A DNA stretch of 64,000 nt, from IMG/VR virus record IMGVR_UViG_3300022660_000043; one strand, given 5' to 3'. The translations under genes and the position numbers were made by a program. How positions within the stretch are numbered: position 1 is the first letter of the stretch; the number at the start of each line of letters is the position of its first letter. This DNA is from a virus. Taxonomy: Duplodnaviria; Caudoviricetes. The notes under the pieces are model-generated. The model worked only from the letters and a program-made list of their open reading frames with translations, did no database searches and was not told the origin of the DNA. Shown piece after piece: positions 49,036 to 59,046 of this stretch.

Positions 49036-49356
49036 TTATTCAGCATCGTCCTCAACAGTTACTTCCTCTTCAGCGGCTAGCTCTTCAGCAGGTTCCTCAG
49101 TATTTTCAGTAGGAGCTACGGGGGTCTCAGTAGTCTCAGTGACCTCAGTGGTTTCTTCAGTAGCTACAGGATAAAGAACAATGTCATCCTCTGCAGGAAT
49201 ACCAGTCTCAGAAGCTCTGATCTCACCATCTGCTTCATAGACAAGTGCATAGCCCTCAACTTGCTCACGGGTAAGGCCCACTTCTACGCCGTCCTTCTCA
49301 GGAATACCAGACTCGCTCTTAAAGAACTTACCGTCTTTTTCGTAAATTAGTCTCAT
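49036..49356 (-). CDS. small acidic protein with internal duplication; own late promoter
   Basis: LIYEKDG...SESGIP / LVYEADG...SETGIP; AGCTAAATTA at 49413-49422. Confidence 0.7.
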   Translation of the reverse strand: MRLIYEKDGKFFKSESGIPEKDGVEVGLTREQVEGYALVYEADGEIRASETGIPAEDDIVLYPVATEETTEVTETTETPVAPTENTEEPAEELAAEEEVTVEDDAE

Positions 49357-49446
49357 TATTAAGTCTCCTTATTAATCTAAGTTCTCGGCTTTGTACTCCT
49401 AGCCGAATCAATTAATTTAGCTAATTTATTTTAGTATATATAAAAG

Positions 49447-49483
49447 AAATGCACTAGAGAGTTTGAAGCTCTCTAGTGCATTT
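49447..49483 (-). terminator. terminator after the portal operon
   Basis: AAATGCACTAGAGAG...CTCTCTAGTGCATTT. Confidence 0.75.
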
Positions 49484-49492
49484 GCATAGACT

Positions 49493-49966
49493 TTAAATTT
49501 GTAAATCTCTACGTCCCATAATGTGTTCCATTACTAGTAGATCTGCTTTAATAACTTTTAACATTGCTAGGCATGTATCGAGATTACCAGTAGCAAAGAA
49601 AGTGTTAAGTACTCTAGATATTTCTTCTGCTCTTACCTCTCTGTAGAAGGTAGTTGGATTACTTAGCTTTTTACCATACAGTAATACCTGTGTTAGTAGA
49701 CAAGAAAGAGTAGTAACAATTTCATTAGGGTCGTCAATCTCTTTTAATATATTAATATATAGTGGGGATTTACGTTGGTTGTGACTTTTACGTAGCATCT
49801 CATAAAAACGACCTACTTCGAAGCCGCGCTGCTGAGCAATAAATTTTAATACCTCAATTGATGGCTCACGTGTAACCATAAGTTTTCTGATATAATGTCT
49901 TGCTTCAAGAACTCCGCTATCCTCAAGCTTAACGAGAATAGAGAGACAATCATTCTTATAAATCAT
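49493..49966 (-). CDS. hypothetical protein downstream of portal
   Basis: 157-aa ORF with AAGGA SD. Confidence 0.7.
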   Translation of the reverse strand: MIYKNDCLSILVKLEDSGVLEARHYIRKLMVTREPSIEVLKFIAQQRGFEVGRFYEMLRKSHNQRKSPLYINILKEIDDPNEIVTTLSCLLTQVLLYGKKLSNPTTFYREVRAEEISRVLNTFFATGNLDTCLAMLKVIKADLLVMEHIMGRRDLQI

Positions 49967-49994
49967 ATATTTTTCCTTTACTTTTTAGCTTTAA

Positions 49995-51953
49995 TTAGTG
50001 ATTCTCAGTGAAATCTCTATCCGAGTCTGCTTCTTCCGGAGTGGGTAGATCATTATCCTCTTCAAATAATATATCCTCTGCTAGCAGAGTTCCACCACCG
50101 TTAGATGTGAATCCTTCAGCTGCGATAGCATCATCTGGCATAGCTGCTAAATCATCAGCAGCTTCGTCTCCTTCAGCAGCTGCTAGTTCGGCTGCCATAT
50201 CCTCATCTCCGCCGGCTTCAGCTTCCTCAGCTGCCTTAGCAGCTTCTTCTTCTGCGGCTTCAATTTCTTTTTGAATAACTTCCGAAATGTCACCGCCAAG
50301 CTCTAGAGTTGCAAGCAAAGATTTAAGAATTGTAAGACGTCTAGCCTTATTTTCAATATCTGTGAACAAGCCGTTAACATTGCTAATAGCAGACACTCTA
50401 TTGGTAAAGTTTTCTCTATAGCTAACTTCTTCCTGAGTAACTGGTGCTCTCATTTTTAGTACAAAATTGTTAAGATATGCTTTGCAACCTCTATCTAGCA
50501 GGAAAAGATTTATTGCATCAGTTAACATTTGAAGAGTAATGTTTTGAATTCTCTTTACACCTTTTGCATAAACACTGGATAATACTGTTAAAGCAGTTCC
50601 ACCATTAAATCCTGCCCCATCATCTGTCCAACCAAAGTACTGCTTAGGAATTCCAAATGAAGAATAGAATTTATTATTCCACCAATCAAGGTCTGTAAGC
50701 TGCTTAGGGTCAAAGTCACCACCAACAGATTCTACAGTGATAGCTCCCTTACCATCTCTAGTAGCATAGTATATAAAGTTTTCAACAGAACCTGGATTAT
50801 TATACTCGGCAAAAGACCTATCTGTATTGTAGGCGGCCTTTTGCTCAAACATTTCTTTTACCTTACGAAGAGTAGCCGCAACTTGTTCTTTACCCATGTC
50901 ACCGACTTCTACGCCAACTTTACGTACTATACCAGATTTTGTAATACGGCTTAAAAGTACAGCAGATTCGAGTAAAGCCTTTTCTCTCCAGATTTTATAA
51001 GCATCATAAAGTAATGATTTACCACGCTTTACAGAGTATGTAAAAGTTTCTCCGCCTTTATTATCAAGTTCTTTATTCTGTTCTTCGTAGAACAAGTCAA
51101 CAGTTTCTGGGAACCTAGAAATACCGTCTTCTAAGCAGGCATGTACAAAATCATCAGCTTGCCAAATATTTACGTCACTAGTTCCATATTTAAAATTAAA
51201 GGCATTAAGGCCTTGACCATTTCCACTACCACCCATTAAACCAGTAGTGGCACCTAGATAAGCAGCCGAGTCAATAGCATTTTCTTGATTAGGGACTTCA
51301 ATGTAGCCTTGGGTCTGACCAAATTTTGTAAGCTCAAACATTGTACCTGGATCTGCAACCATCTCAACATAATAGCTATAACGGTCGCCTGCAGGTCTAA
51401 CATTAAGTCTTACTGCCTCATCTAATTCTTTACTTTCATTAAGTTTAGTTTTAGTTTTAGCTTTAAAGATTGGATCTTTATAATCTGAATCTCTATATAG
51501 ACGTAGATATACATCTCCGTATTTAATTAGGCTGTATACCCAGCCAAAGATTTTTTTATCTACATTCATAATGTTAAGAAGGTAGTTTACAAATCTTGCA
51601 ATATCTGGATTATTTGATTCACACCATACGATGTGACCATTATCTGCAGCCTCACATACATCTTCTGCATAAGTTCTTACAATAGAACTTACAGCTGAAT
51701 CTTGACACATTGTATCTATAAGCTGATATATTTGGTCTCTAGCATTAGATATGGAAGTAAAGCTTTCAATAGCTGATACATCTAGTGTATGACTTAGGCC
51801 AGCTTCAATAATATTGTCGACTAAAGATTTAGCGGTATCAATATCTAGTTTAGTCGTGGAATCCAACACTGTTGGTTTTGCCTGATGACCTATCAGGGGA
51901 CTGTTTGTAGGAGTCTTTAAAATATCGACTTCCTTGGTCTCTTCATTTGCCAT
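49995..51953 (-). CDS. portal protein (T4 gp20-like)
   Basis: LIKYGDVY, GKSLL..A...W....LLESAVLLSRIT, VEVGDM, FGIPK. Confidence 0.9.
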   Translation of the reverse strand: MANEETKEVDILKTPTNSPLIGHQAKPTVLDSTTKLDIDTAKSLVDNIIEAGLSHTLDVSAIESFTSISNARDQIYQLIDTMCQDSAVSSIVRTYAEDVCEAADNGHIVWCESNNPDIARFVNYLLNIMNVDKKIFGWVYSLIKYGDVYLRLYRDSDYKDPIFKAKTKTKLNESKELDEAVRLNVRPAGDRYSYYVEMVADPGTMFELTKFGQTQGYIEVPNQENAIDSAAYLGATTGLMGGSGNGQGLNAFNFKYGTSDVNIWQADDFVHACLEDGISRFPETVDLFYEEQNKELDNKGGETFTYSVKRGKSLLYDAYKIWREKALLESAVLLSRITKSGIVRKVGVEVGDMGKEQVAATLRKVKEMFEQKAAYNTDRSFAEYNNPGSVENFIYYATRDGKGAITVESVGGDFDPKQLTDLDWWNNKFYSSFGIPKQYFGWTDDGAGFNGGTALTVLSSVYAKGVKRIQNITLQMLTDAINLFLLDRGCKAYLNNFVLKMRAPVTQEEVSYRENFTNRVSAISNVNGLFTDIENKARRLTILKSLLATLELGGDISEVIQKEIEAAEEEAAKAAEEAEAGGDEDMAAELAAAEGDEAADDLAAMPDDAIAAEGFTSNGGGTLLAEDILFEEDNDLPTPEEADSDRDFTENH

Positions 51954-51966
51954 TATATAATCTCCT

Positions 51967-54042
51967 TTATAAAACTATGATACCGTCAGAGATATCACGA
52001 TAATATTCATATTCCTCACGTTCTTGCTGTGAACGTAAATTATCTGCTGCCCAAATTTCTTGTTGAGTTTCAAAATATAATCTTGAAAGCTCATTTTCGA
52101 AAGCAGCGATCATTTGTGACTTAAGTGCAGTTTCGGATTGTAATAAGCTTACGTCAAGCCCTGCTTCAAGGTTTTCACCGTAGCTATAAGCAAACTCTTC
52201 TGCAAATTTACTTGCTAAGTAAAGCGCTCCACAAAAAGCGTCGGCTTGGTCTTTTGAGTTAATACCATCAGCAGTATGATCAATCTTACCATTAGACAGT
52301 CTTTCAAGACCAACAAGCTCGTCTGTGAGCAGATCACATTTTTTATAAATCTCTACTCTTCTTTCATAAATAGCTGTTTTTAGATAGTGATAAGGTAAAC
52401 ATGTTCTGCTTGTCTGATCAACACGGTCTACAGAAATTAGCTCTGTTCTAAAACCATCACTCTTAAGATCTTGCTGAATCTGGGCAGATTGGAATGTATC
52501 GCTTGATACTCCTTTTATTGCAAAGCCTCTATCACGCAGCCATCTAATAAAGTTTCTATTCTTTTCAAAACTTACTTGGTAGCCCTTCGGCGCTTTAACT
52601 GATACAGAGAAGGCAAGTTTATACTGCAACTCTCTTGAAGCGTCTGCATTTTCACCAACTTGTGTAGGACGTTTGCCTGTAATCCAAACACCAGAAATAC
52701 CAGTTTTGTCTCCAGAAATAGACATATCAAGATGGATAAATAGTGGTCTTGTTAAATCCATTGGATTTACCACACTTAAATCGAAGAAGTTAGCATATTG
52801 CAATTTATCATCTGGGCTATTACCAACTTCAATAATATCTTTCATGAATGGATTTCTATAAGTATCCACTTTGGCTTGGTTAAGTCGGACACCAGAAATA
52901 TATTTAGTGTTGCTGGAGGTGGAAATACCTGCAATGTCCATAAGTGCTTGGTCAAGGTTAGTCTCAAAATCTTCTCTATATCCAGGTGGAATTTTAATTA
53001 GAGAATAACCTTTTTCTCTGTATTTATCTACCTGATCTTCAGGTAAGTTTGCAGGGAGTAGTTCATGTGCTAAGAACTTATTACCTACAGCTACATAAAA
53101 AGCGCCAACGTCTTCAGGTGATCCTTTTCTAGGGTCAACTACCCATTGAGCCTCATCAATAATTAAAGTAGTTTTACTTTCGTTTTGTCGTTTAATATTT
53201 ATGTACGAATCGAGGAACGCTTGCTCGGTATCTTTGGACGAAATAATAATATTAAGTGTTGGTAGATAGGTACCGCGTAAAAAACGAGAACGCATACGTG
53301 CATCGATCTGTGCGATAAGTTTCTTTTGTTTAGCTTTTTTCTTTTCTACATCGTTTCCAATACCGAAGTTAACTTCATCTGTTAGATTGCAGAACAAAGC
53401 ACGACCAACGACGTGTCTATTTTGTGAACCAAAAATAAGCTCTATGTGTTTTCCAGGCTGCCAAACAGGATTAGACCTACTCGCATTTACGGCGCCATGA
53501 TCCATAAACCAGGAAGAGCTCTGAATAAGCTGTTGTGCCTTGTCCCAAGCAACGCCTTGTGCTGCATCCAATGTGATATTAAGCATTGAGAACGTAATTT
53601 TATCAATAGGCTGCATCCCAAAGTACGCATAAGGGTCTTTTAAACAAAGCATTCTATATAAAAGGTAAAGCTGTGCAATAACTGCTGCAAAAGATTTACC
53701 AATACCAATAGCACCCGTTAAAATTAAGGTATTATAAGCGGTAGTAAGGTTATCTGGGAAAAGTTTTTTTAAAGTTTCACGCCAGTATGGGAAGATAGTG
53801 CAACGTCTAGAACCGGACATTTGATCTACTTCCCATAGGCCTTTACCTAAATATCTATCATCATCAAGAAAGGTATCTATATCAACAGGGACTTCCTCAA
53901 AGTCACCAAACTGGAGCTGCTCTAATAGCTCAGATTGACCTTCTTGTGATATTTGTTTTAATATTTCAAGTGCTAGTTGGCGCTCTTCTTCATTCAAGCT
54001 ATTTAAGACATCAAGATCTATTGGATTTTCATTAGAAATCAT
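51967..54042 (-). CDS. terL: terminase large subunit
   Basis: Walker A GAIGIGKS, Walker B LTDE, RNase H-like HLDMS...SKDQADA; adjacent to portal. Confidence 0.9.
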   Translation of the reverse strand: MISNENPIDLDVLNSLNEEERQLALEILKQISQEGQSELLEQLQFGDFEEVPVDIDTFLDDDRYLGKGLWEVDQMSGSRRCTIFPYWRETLKKLFPDNLTTAYNTLILTGAIGIGKSFAAVIAQLYLLYRMLCLKDPYAYFGMQPIDKITFSMLNITLDAAQGVAWDKAQQLIQSSSWFMDHGAVNASRSNPVWQPGKHIELIFGSQNRHVVGRALFCNLTDEVNFGIGNDVEKKKAKQKKLIAQIDARMRSRFLRGTYLPTLNIIISSKDTEQAFLDSYINIKRQNESKTTLIIDEAQWVVDPRKGSPEDVGAFYVAVGNKFLAHELLPANLPEDQVDKYREKGYSLIKIPPGYREDFETNLDQALMDIAGISTSSNTKYISGVRLNQAKVDTYRNPFMKDIIEVGNSPDDKLQYANFFDLSVVNPMDLTRPLFIHLDMSISGDKTGISGVWITGKRPTQVGENADASRELQYKLAFSVSVKAPKGYQVSFEKNRNFIRWLRDRGFAIKGVSSDTFQSAQIQQDLKSDGFRTELISVDRVDQTSRTCLPYHYLKTAIYERRVEIYKKCDLLTDELVGLERLSNGKIDHTADGINSKDQADAFCGALYLASKFAEEFAYSYGENLEAGLDVSLLQSETALKSQMIAAFENELSRLYFETQQEIWAADNLRSQQEREEYEYYRDISDGIIVL

Positions 54043-54101
54043 CTACTTGAGAGCACCTCCTTCTGATGCCTATATTTTATTATACGATATTTTGTATTAA
54101 T

Positions 54102-55448
54102 TTACTTTTTTGCATCTTCTTCGTCGGAATTGTCGGTCTGCTTCTTAGCCTTTTCATCAGTTGCTTTATCTTCAGCCTCAGGCTTTTTATCAGAATTATC
54201 AGAAGCTTGCTGTGGCTCAGTTTTTTTAGCTTCTGGGGCTTGTTCCTTAGTCTCAGGCTTCGTAGCCTTCTGTTTACCTCCAGTGCCCGTAACGGGGTTT
54301 TTATTGGTACCAGGCTTATATTTACCTCTATTACGACCGTAATCATTGATAGCATCAATAATAGATTCAGACGTAGCAAGCTCTGTATCTTCTGGTAAGA
54401 GATTGTTTTCTTCAGCTTCGTCAAATGTCACTCCATAGAGCTTAGGAAAAATAAGCTTCAAAAACGCAGGTCTAAGCTTCTCTTCCGCATAGTGTACATA
54501 GTTATTTATAACACTAGCTACTTTAATTACCCAGTCACCATTTGCTAAACATAGAAGTACATGCTTACAACCTCTACCAAGCTGATCATTCGGGTTTCTA
54601 ATACCTTTTCCAGGTCCTGGGTCTTTAGATGTGTCATCTACTGACACCCTATTTATGATATTCCAATGAGCAAAACGATATTTATAGTCTGGACAGGAGC
54701 ATTTTACAAAAATATTAGCAGTATTAAAGACTTTGGTCAATGACTGCACGATAGTTTTGAATTCCAGAGTATTTTTATTGTTCTTAATGTTGCGTGCTAT
54801 CTCTTTTACTACACCATCCATACGAATACTAACAGTATAATTGTCAGTTTCACCAGTAACTGGGATAGAAACCTCCAAAATATCCTCTTTAAAAAGTTTA
54901 TTCATGTCAATTTTATTATACTGCTTTACTGTTTTTGCGATTTGAGAGTGTTTTTTACGCTCAAAGCGATTTTTTCCGCGCATTTGATTTTTATATGGTC
55001 CAACAGATCTAGATTTTGATACTAAAAGTGTTCTGGAGTCTTCATGGAGAGCTTCATTTAAGATTTTATACTCCCATTGAGGCACCATAACCATATCTCT
55101 ACCTAATTCGTACAGCTTTTCTCCGGATTTTCCAGTAATTTCAATATCATACAGATAATCTGGTTCAACTGCAAATTGTACCCAAACCTCATCTGTAATA
55201 TGTTGGTCTTGAACTTCACTGCTGGTTGGGATATAATAATTATCTGTTTCAATACTATATACTTTAAAACGCTGTCCCGTAATATCTTTATTTTCGTTTA
55301 TGCCAATAAGACAACCTTGAATAGTTGTACTAAAACAAATACGTGGAACTGTCTGGTCTTCATAATCACTTACCGGTACTCTTGGTACTAAAAGCTCTAA
55401 TTCAGATTGGCTTAGGTGATAAAGCGTCTTTAAGGCAGGCATAGGCAT
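54102..55448 (-). CDS. two-domain protein: ADP-ribosyltransferase-like N-domain plus SWIM zinc finger
   Basis: LYHLS...PRVP...ED.TVPRICFS..I.GCL...EVWV; linker ILNEALHED; CSCPDY...GCKH. Confidence 0.7.
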   Translation of the reverse strand: MPMPALKTLYHLSQSELELLVPRVPVSDYEDQTVPRICFSTTIQGCLIGINENKDITGQRFKVYSIETDNYYIPTSSEVQDQHITDEVWVQFAVEPDYLYDIEITGKSGEKLYELGRDMVMVPQWEYKILNEALHEDSRTLLVSKSRSVGPYKNQMRGKNRFERKKHSQIAKTVKQYNKIDMNKLFKEDILEVSIPVTGETDNYTVSIRMDGVVKEIARNIKNNKNTLEFKTIVQSLTKVFNTANIFVKCSCPDYKYRFAHWNIINRVSVDDTSKDPGPGKGIRNPNDQLGRGCKHVLLCLANGDWVIKVASVINNYVHYAEEKLRPAFLKLIFPKLYGVTFDEAEENNLLPEDTELATSESIIDAINDYGRNRGKYKPGTNKNPVTGTGGKQKATKPETKEQAPEAKKTEPQQASDNSDKKPEAEDKATDEKAKKQTDNSDEEDAKK

Positions 55449-55479
55449 ATCCTTTCAATTAAAATTTTAATTCATCGTA

Positions 55480-55489
55480 TAATTTAGCA
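55480..55489 (-). promoter_or_regulatory. putative late promoter
   Basis: TGCTAAATTA. Confidence 0.7.
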
Positions 55490-55520
55490 CATTATAATGC
55501 TATTTATACATTATAAAAGG

Positions 55521-55547
55521 AAAAGAGCGCCAAAATAGCGCTCTTTT
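55521..55547. terminator. intrinsic terminator
   Basis: AAAAGAGCGC...GCGCTCTTTT. Confidence 0.7.
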
Positions 55548-55549
55548 AT

Positions 55550-57334
55550 TTAAATACCCGCAAAATTTAATAGCTCAATAAAATCTTTGTCTTCTTGAGT
55601 AGTTAGTGACTCTCCAAGTAATACTGGGATAGGCTGTCTGTCATATTTATTTTGAATAACCTGTACTGGGAATTTAGTATTCCAGCCGTACTTTAGTCCA
55701 AGAAGATACATACGATGTCGGCCTTCCTGGCCATAAAGCTCACTACTTCTATCAAAACAGATATAGGGCATTGGAAATTGTTTATTATATACATCTAATA
55801 CTTGTTCAAGATGCTTAAGTTTAATTTGATCAGCTGCCATCCAAGACTTTATTTGGTCTGCGCTAACTCCTTGAATTTTAGCACAGAGCTTAAAATACTG
55901 ATCAGCTGTCATTGGAACAATATCATACACTAATTCCGGGTAATTAGTATTACCAGCTAATAGGTCTTTTGCTCCAAAATTACTTCCAACGGTAGTATCT
56001 ATTTTATCTGTATCAGTTAGCTCCTTAGTACCATAATCCCAGAACTTTTGGTCATTATCTAAGTAAGCTTCAGAAAGATCCGTTAACGATAGACGAGCTG
56101 CTACCACTTTGGCTCTAAGCTCTTTTAGTTTATCAAGATAGCCTTTATTACGCATCTCTTTGAAGACTAAATTTTCTGTAGAATATTCTCCGTCACCTTG
56201 TAAACCTTTTGCCCTAAGTTCATAAAGATCCTCAACAAATTCATCAATTGGAGTTTCATCTATGCTACCCGGGCCCTCTAAAGTTTTTAAGAGTTCTTTG
56301 TAGCGTTTTTCCCAAGGTTTTAAAATATCATTGATTTCTGCTATATCAATATCTGGAATAGCTTTATTTTCTGGTTCCTTAATCCAGGTATCATTTAAAA
56401 CAGAATATATGCCATTACTCACTACTGGAGTATCATCGCTTTCAATATATACTTCTACAGGGACACCATAGAAACTAATATCATACTTCTTATTAAACGC
56501 ACTTTTATAAGCATTAAATAGAGCAGGATATAAACCATCTGGATCTTCTATTCCTGACATATCAGCAACAAGATGAATATCTGCATCACTATCTTTTGTA
56601 TAGTTATAACTTGCATTTGAACCAGTTAAAACAATGTCTTTTAGCTTAAACTTAATGTCAGCCTCTTCCATTGCATTAATTAACTCTTCAGCTACTTCAA
56701 TAGCTTTTTCTCTAACATCTTTTTTTAGCTTTGTACCATCAAAAAGCTTAGGATTAAGCTCATCATGCTTCTCTATGTCTTCGTCTACATCAAGTCCTTC
56801 AGTTATTCTAGTATGCTGTACTATTTTGTAAAGTTCAACAAGTCGGTCTAAAATATCTGGCATATTTTGGACAAGATCTAAAAATTGAGGGACCATTGCT
56901 TCTAAAGTAGTAATATTCTTAAGTCCTTTTTTAAGCTGCGCCGCAACAACATCTTTACTAAAAGTTAAAGCCTCTACATAGGCAATAAGTAATCCAAAAG
57001 AAGGTGGAAAATAATCAAAGCAATCTAAAACAAGATTTCCCACGGTAGCTGGTGTAGTTTGCCAAACTTTCTGTGCAAATGGAACACCAAACATGCTTGG
57101 GCCTAGCTGAGTGAATAATTCATGTGGAATAATAAAAACTTCCTTGCCCATGATCTCAAATTCTTTTTCCATTTTAGCTCGCACATTTTTAAAGCCAAGA
57201 CTACACGCGCAAAGATAGTAATTACAAAAGGTATCAAAATTTAAGCTATCAAAATCATATTTTGACAAGTCTTGATCGACACCTTTGATGAGATCAATAG
57301 TTCTAGGATGCCATTTCATTTGTCTAATATCCAT
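55550..57334 (-). CDS. three-domain protein: unknown helical domain, Pol-beta-superfamily nucleotidyltransferase, ParB/Srx-like domain
   Basis: LTGSNASYNYTKDSDADIHL...VEVYIE; FPMPYI...QEGRHR...FPV. Confidence 0.78.
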   Translation of the reverse strand: MDIRQMKWHPRTIDLIKGVDQDLSKYDFDSLNFDTFCNYYLCACSLGFKNVRAKMEKEFEIMGKEVFIIPHELFTQLGPSMFGVPFAQKVWQTTPATVGNLVLDCFDYFPPSFGLLIAYVEALTFSKDVVAAQLKKGLKNITTLEAMVPQFLDLVQNMPDILDRLVELYKIVQHTRITEGLDVDEDIEKHDELNPKLFDGTKLKKDVREKAIEVAEELINAMEEADIKFKLKDIVLTGSNASYNYTKDSDADIHLVADMSGIEDPDGLYPALFNAYKSAFNKKYDISFYGVPVEVYIESDDTPVVSNGIYSVLNDTWIKEPENKAIPDIDIAEINDILKPWEKRYKELLKTLEGPGSIDETPIDEFVEDLYELRAKGLQGDGEYSTENLVFKEMRNKGYLDKLKELRAKVVAARLSLTDLSEAYLDNDQKFWDYGTKELTDTDKIDTTVGSNFGAKDLLAGNTNYPELVYDIVPMTADQYFKLCAKIQGVSADQIKSWMAADQIKLKHLEQVLDVYNKQFPMPYICFDRSSELYGQEGRHRMYLLGLKYGWNTKFPVQVIQNKYDRQPIPVLLGESLTTQEDKDFIELLNFAGI

Positions 57335-57344
57335 AACATCCTCC

Positions 57345-57878
57345 TTATAGTTTTTTAGTAATATCTGATATTATATCTGCGGTGCCAGAACCATTAATGA
57401 TATCATTAAGCATTTGTGGAATTTTAGCATAGTAAAGCTGTTTGTTAAAGTATTGTTTAATTTGCTGTACGAATTTAGGTAAATCAAGTACAATTGCCCA
57501 AACCAAATAAACCAGTAGTGTTTCAGCTGATGTTAAATTTGGAAAAGGATGAAGATATAAATTCGTAACTACGGGAGCAACATCTAAATCTGTCTTATGT
57601 TTAAGTAATAATTGAGCTTCATAGGGAGTAAATTGTGTTGAATCAATTTTATCAATATCTGGCCAGATATATAAATCTAAACCACCTCTATTGAGCATTT
57701 CAGCTTTAATTTGTTGCTCAGCATTTTTAAATCCGTTACTTATACAAATGTTATAATAAGTAACTAGCTTAATAGAACTGCATGCTTTTAAATTTTCTCG
57801 TCTTTGACCTTGGTTGAAAAGACGCATTTTATCATAGCCGCTAAGTGACGACGCTTCATAAAGTTTTATAGTTTTCAT
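57345..57878 (-). CDS. hypothetical protein, paralog of the N-domain of the downstream gene
   Basis: YYNICISNGFKN vs YYLCACSLGFKN; MKTIKLYEA leader. Confidence 0.7.
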   Translation of the reverse strand: MKTIKLYEASSLSGYDKMRLFNQGQRRENLKACSSIKLVTYYNICISNGFKNAEQQIKAEMLNRGGLDLYIWPDIDKIDSTQFTPYEAQLLLKHKTDLDVAPVVTNLYLHPFPNLTSAETLLVYLVWAIVLDLPKFVQQIKQYFNKQLYYAKIPQMLNDIINGSGTADIISDITKKL

Positions 57879-58966
57879 TAAAACTTACCTGCCTCTAACC
57901 TTGCTGGAATTACAAATTTGGCATTGCATGCGTCACAACAAACACCAGTTTCAGACACAGGAGCCGGATCATTACCGTATCCCTCAATTTCTTCTCCGCA
58001 GATTACACAAATTTTTTCTACTGCTTCGGTAAGTTTTTCGGTAAGACGATCATCATAGGCATTATCAAATTTTTCATCGGATGCAGTATCTGGGTTAAAT
58101 CTCGGACGATCTTCTTCATGTTTTACGTTAAGATCATAGTCCATGACTTTAACATGGTTTTTATCATATAAGATACCATCATCATAATAATAAATAATAT
58201 CACTTGGTTGTAAGAGGTGCACATCATCATGATCTGCAAGTGATTTCAAGGAGTATACAGAGCAATTTGCTTCGCCTACTTCTTGTACAAGTGCTTTAAG
58301 AATATCAGATTTTTTAGAACAGAAAATATTTTGAGGTCTAATATAATAACGCTTAATATATCTTTTAGGCTTTGGCTCTCTATCTTCGTCCTTGTCCTCA
58401 TGCAAGCTTTCAATACAGCTGCTGCTAGCCTCACTGCTACAGGCTGTATCTGCGCCTGCACTATTACTTCCAAGGTCTGAGGTTCCCATACGATCATTAA
58501 AGCATTTATCATCAAACTCTGGGTAACCAGTGGTAAAGGTAAGGTAAGTACCATCATCACCAAAGCGACTCTTGCGACGCTTTCTTTTATGTTTCTTTTC
58601 TGTAAGAGGTTCTTTAGTCCAGCTTTCTAGAAATTCACAGTCGGCTCTATTAAGCATATTATTAATTGCCTCGATAGCTTCTTCTGTAGATCCTTTGTGC
58701 TCACTATCAGCACAAGTCATTTGTGAGCATACCTGAGGAGTATTAGGCACTTTAATCAAATGAATTCTTACTTGACCGTCTACTTCTGCTTCTTTAAACT
58801 GATTTACAAAGCTAGCATAATCTGGTTGTATAGTTTCAGGCGATGTATCGCATTTATAAATGTAACTGCAAGTAGGAAGGCTTTGTTCTATTACTAAGGC
58901 AAAGAGATCTGATGTATCATCAAACTCTTCTAACTCCCAGTTTTCATTAACAAAATATTTTTTCAT
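57878..58966 (-). CDS. multidomain acidic protein with C-terminal zinc finger
   Basis: CVICG...GYGNDPAP...CCDACN...VIPAR; segments separated by LTE/LHE. Confidence 0.7.
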   Translation of the reverse strand: MKKYFVNENWELEEFDDTSDLFALVIEQSLPTCSYIYKCDTSPETIQPDYASFVNQFKEAEVDGQVRIHLIKVPNTPQVCSQMTCADSEHKGSTEEAIEAINNMLNRADCEFLESWTKEPLTEKKHKRKRRKSRFGDDGTYLTFTTGYPEFDDKCFNDRMGTSDLGSNSAGADTACSSEASSSCIESLHEDKDEDREPKPKRYIKRYYIRPQNIFCSKKSDILKALVQEVGEANCSVYSLKSLADHDDVHLLQPSDIIYYYDDGILYDKNHVKVMDYDLNVKHEEDRPRFNPDTASDEKFDNAYDDRLTEKLTEAVEKICVICGEEIEGYGNDPAPVSETGVCCDACNAKFVIPARLEAGKF

Positions 58967-58992
58967 TATTTTGCCCCTTTCTTGTGGATGAA

Positions 58993-59043
58993 GATGCCCA
59001 AGGACGCGCGGTGAAAGGATAAGCCCACACGCCCCCGAACATC
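58993..59043 (-). promoter_or_regulatory. 5' leader RNA hairpin (19 bp, 7 GU pairs)
   Basis: GATGTTCGGGGGCGTGTGG pairs fully with CCGCGCGTCCTTGGGCATC only on the minus strand. Confidence 0.65.
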
Positions 59044-59046
59044 ATA

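Noticed and set aside
51967-54042. Possible intein or intron in terminase or other core genes
   Set aside because: No intein terminal motifs or homing endonuclease signatures; reading frames are continuous
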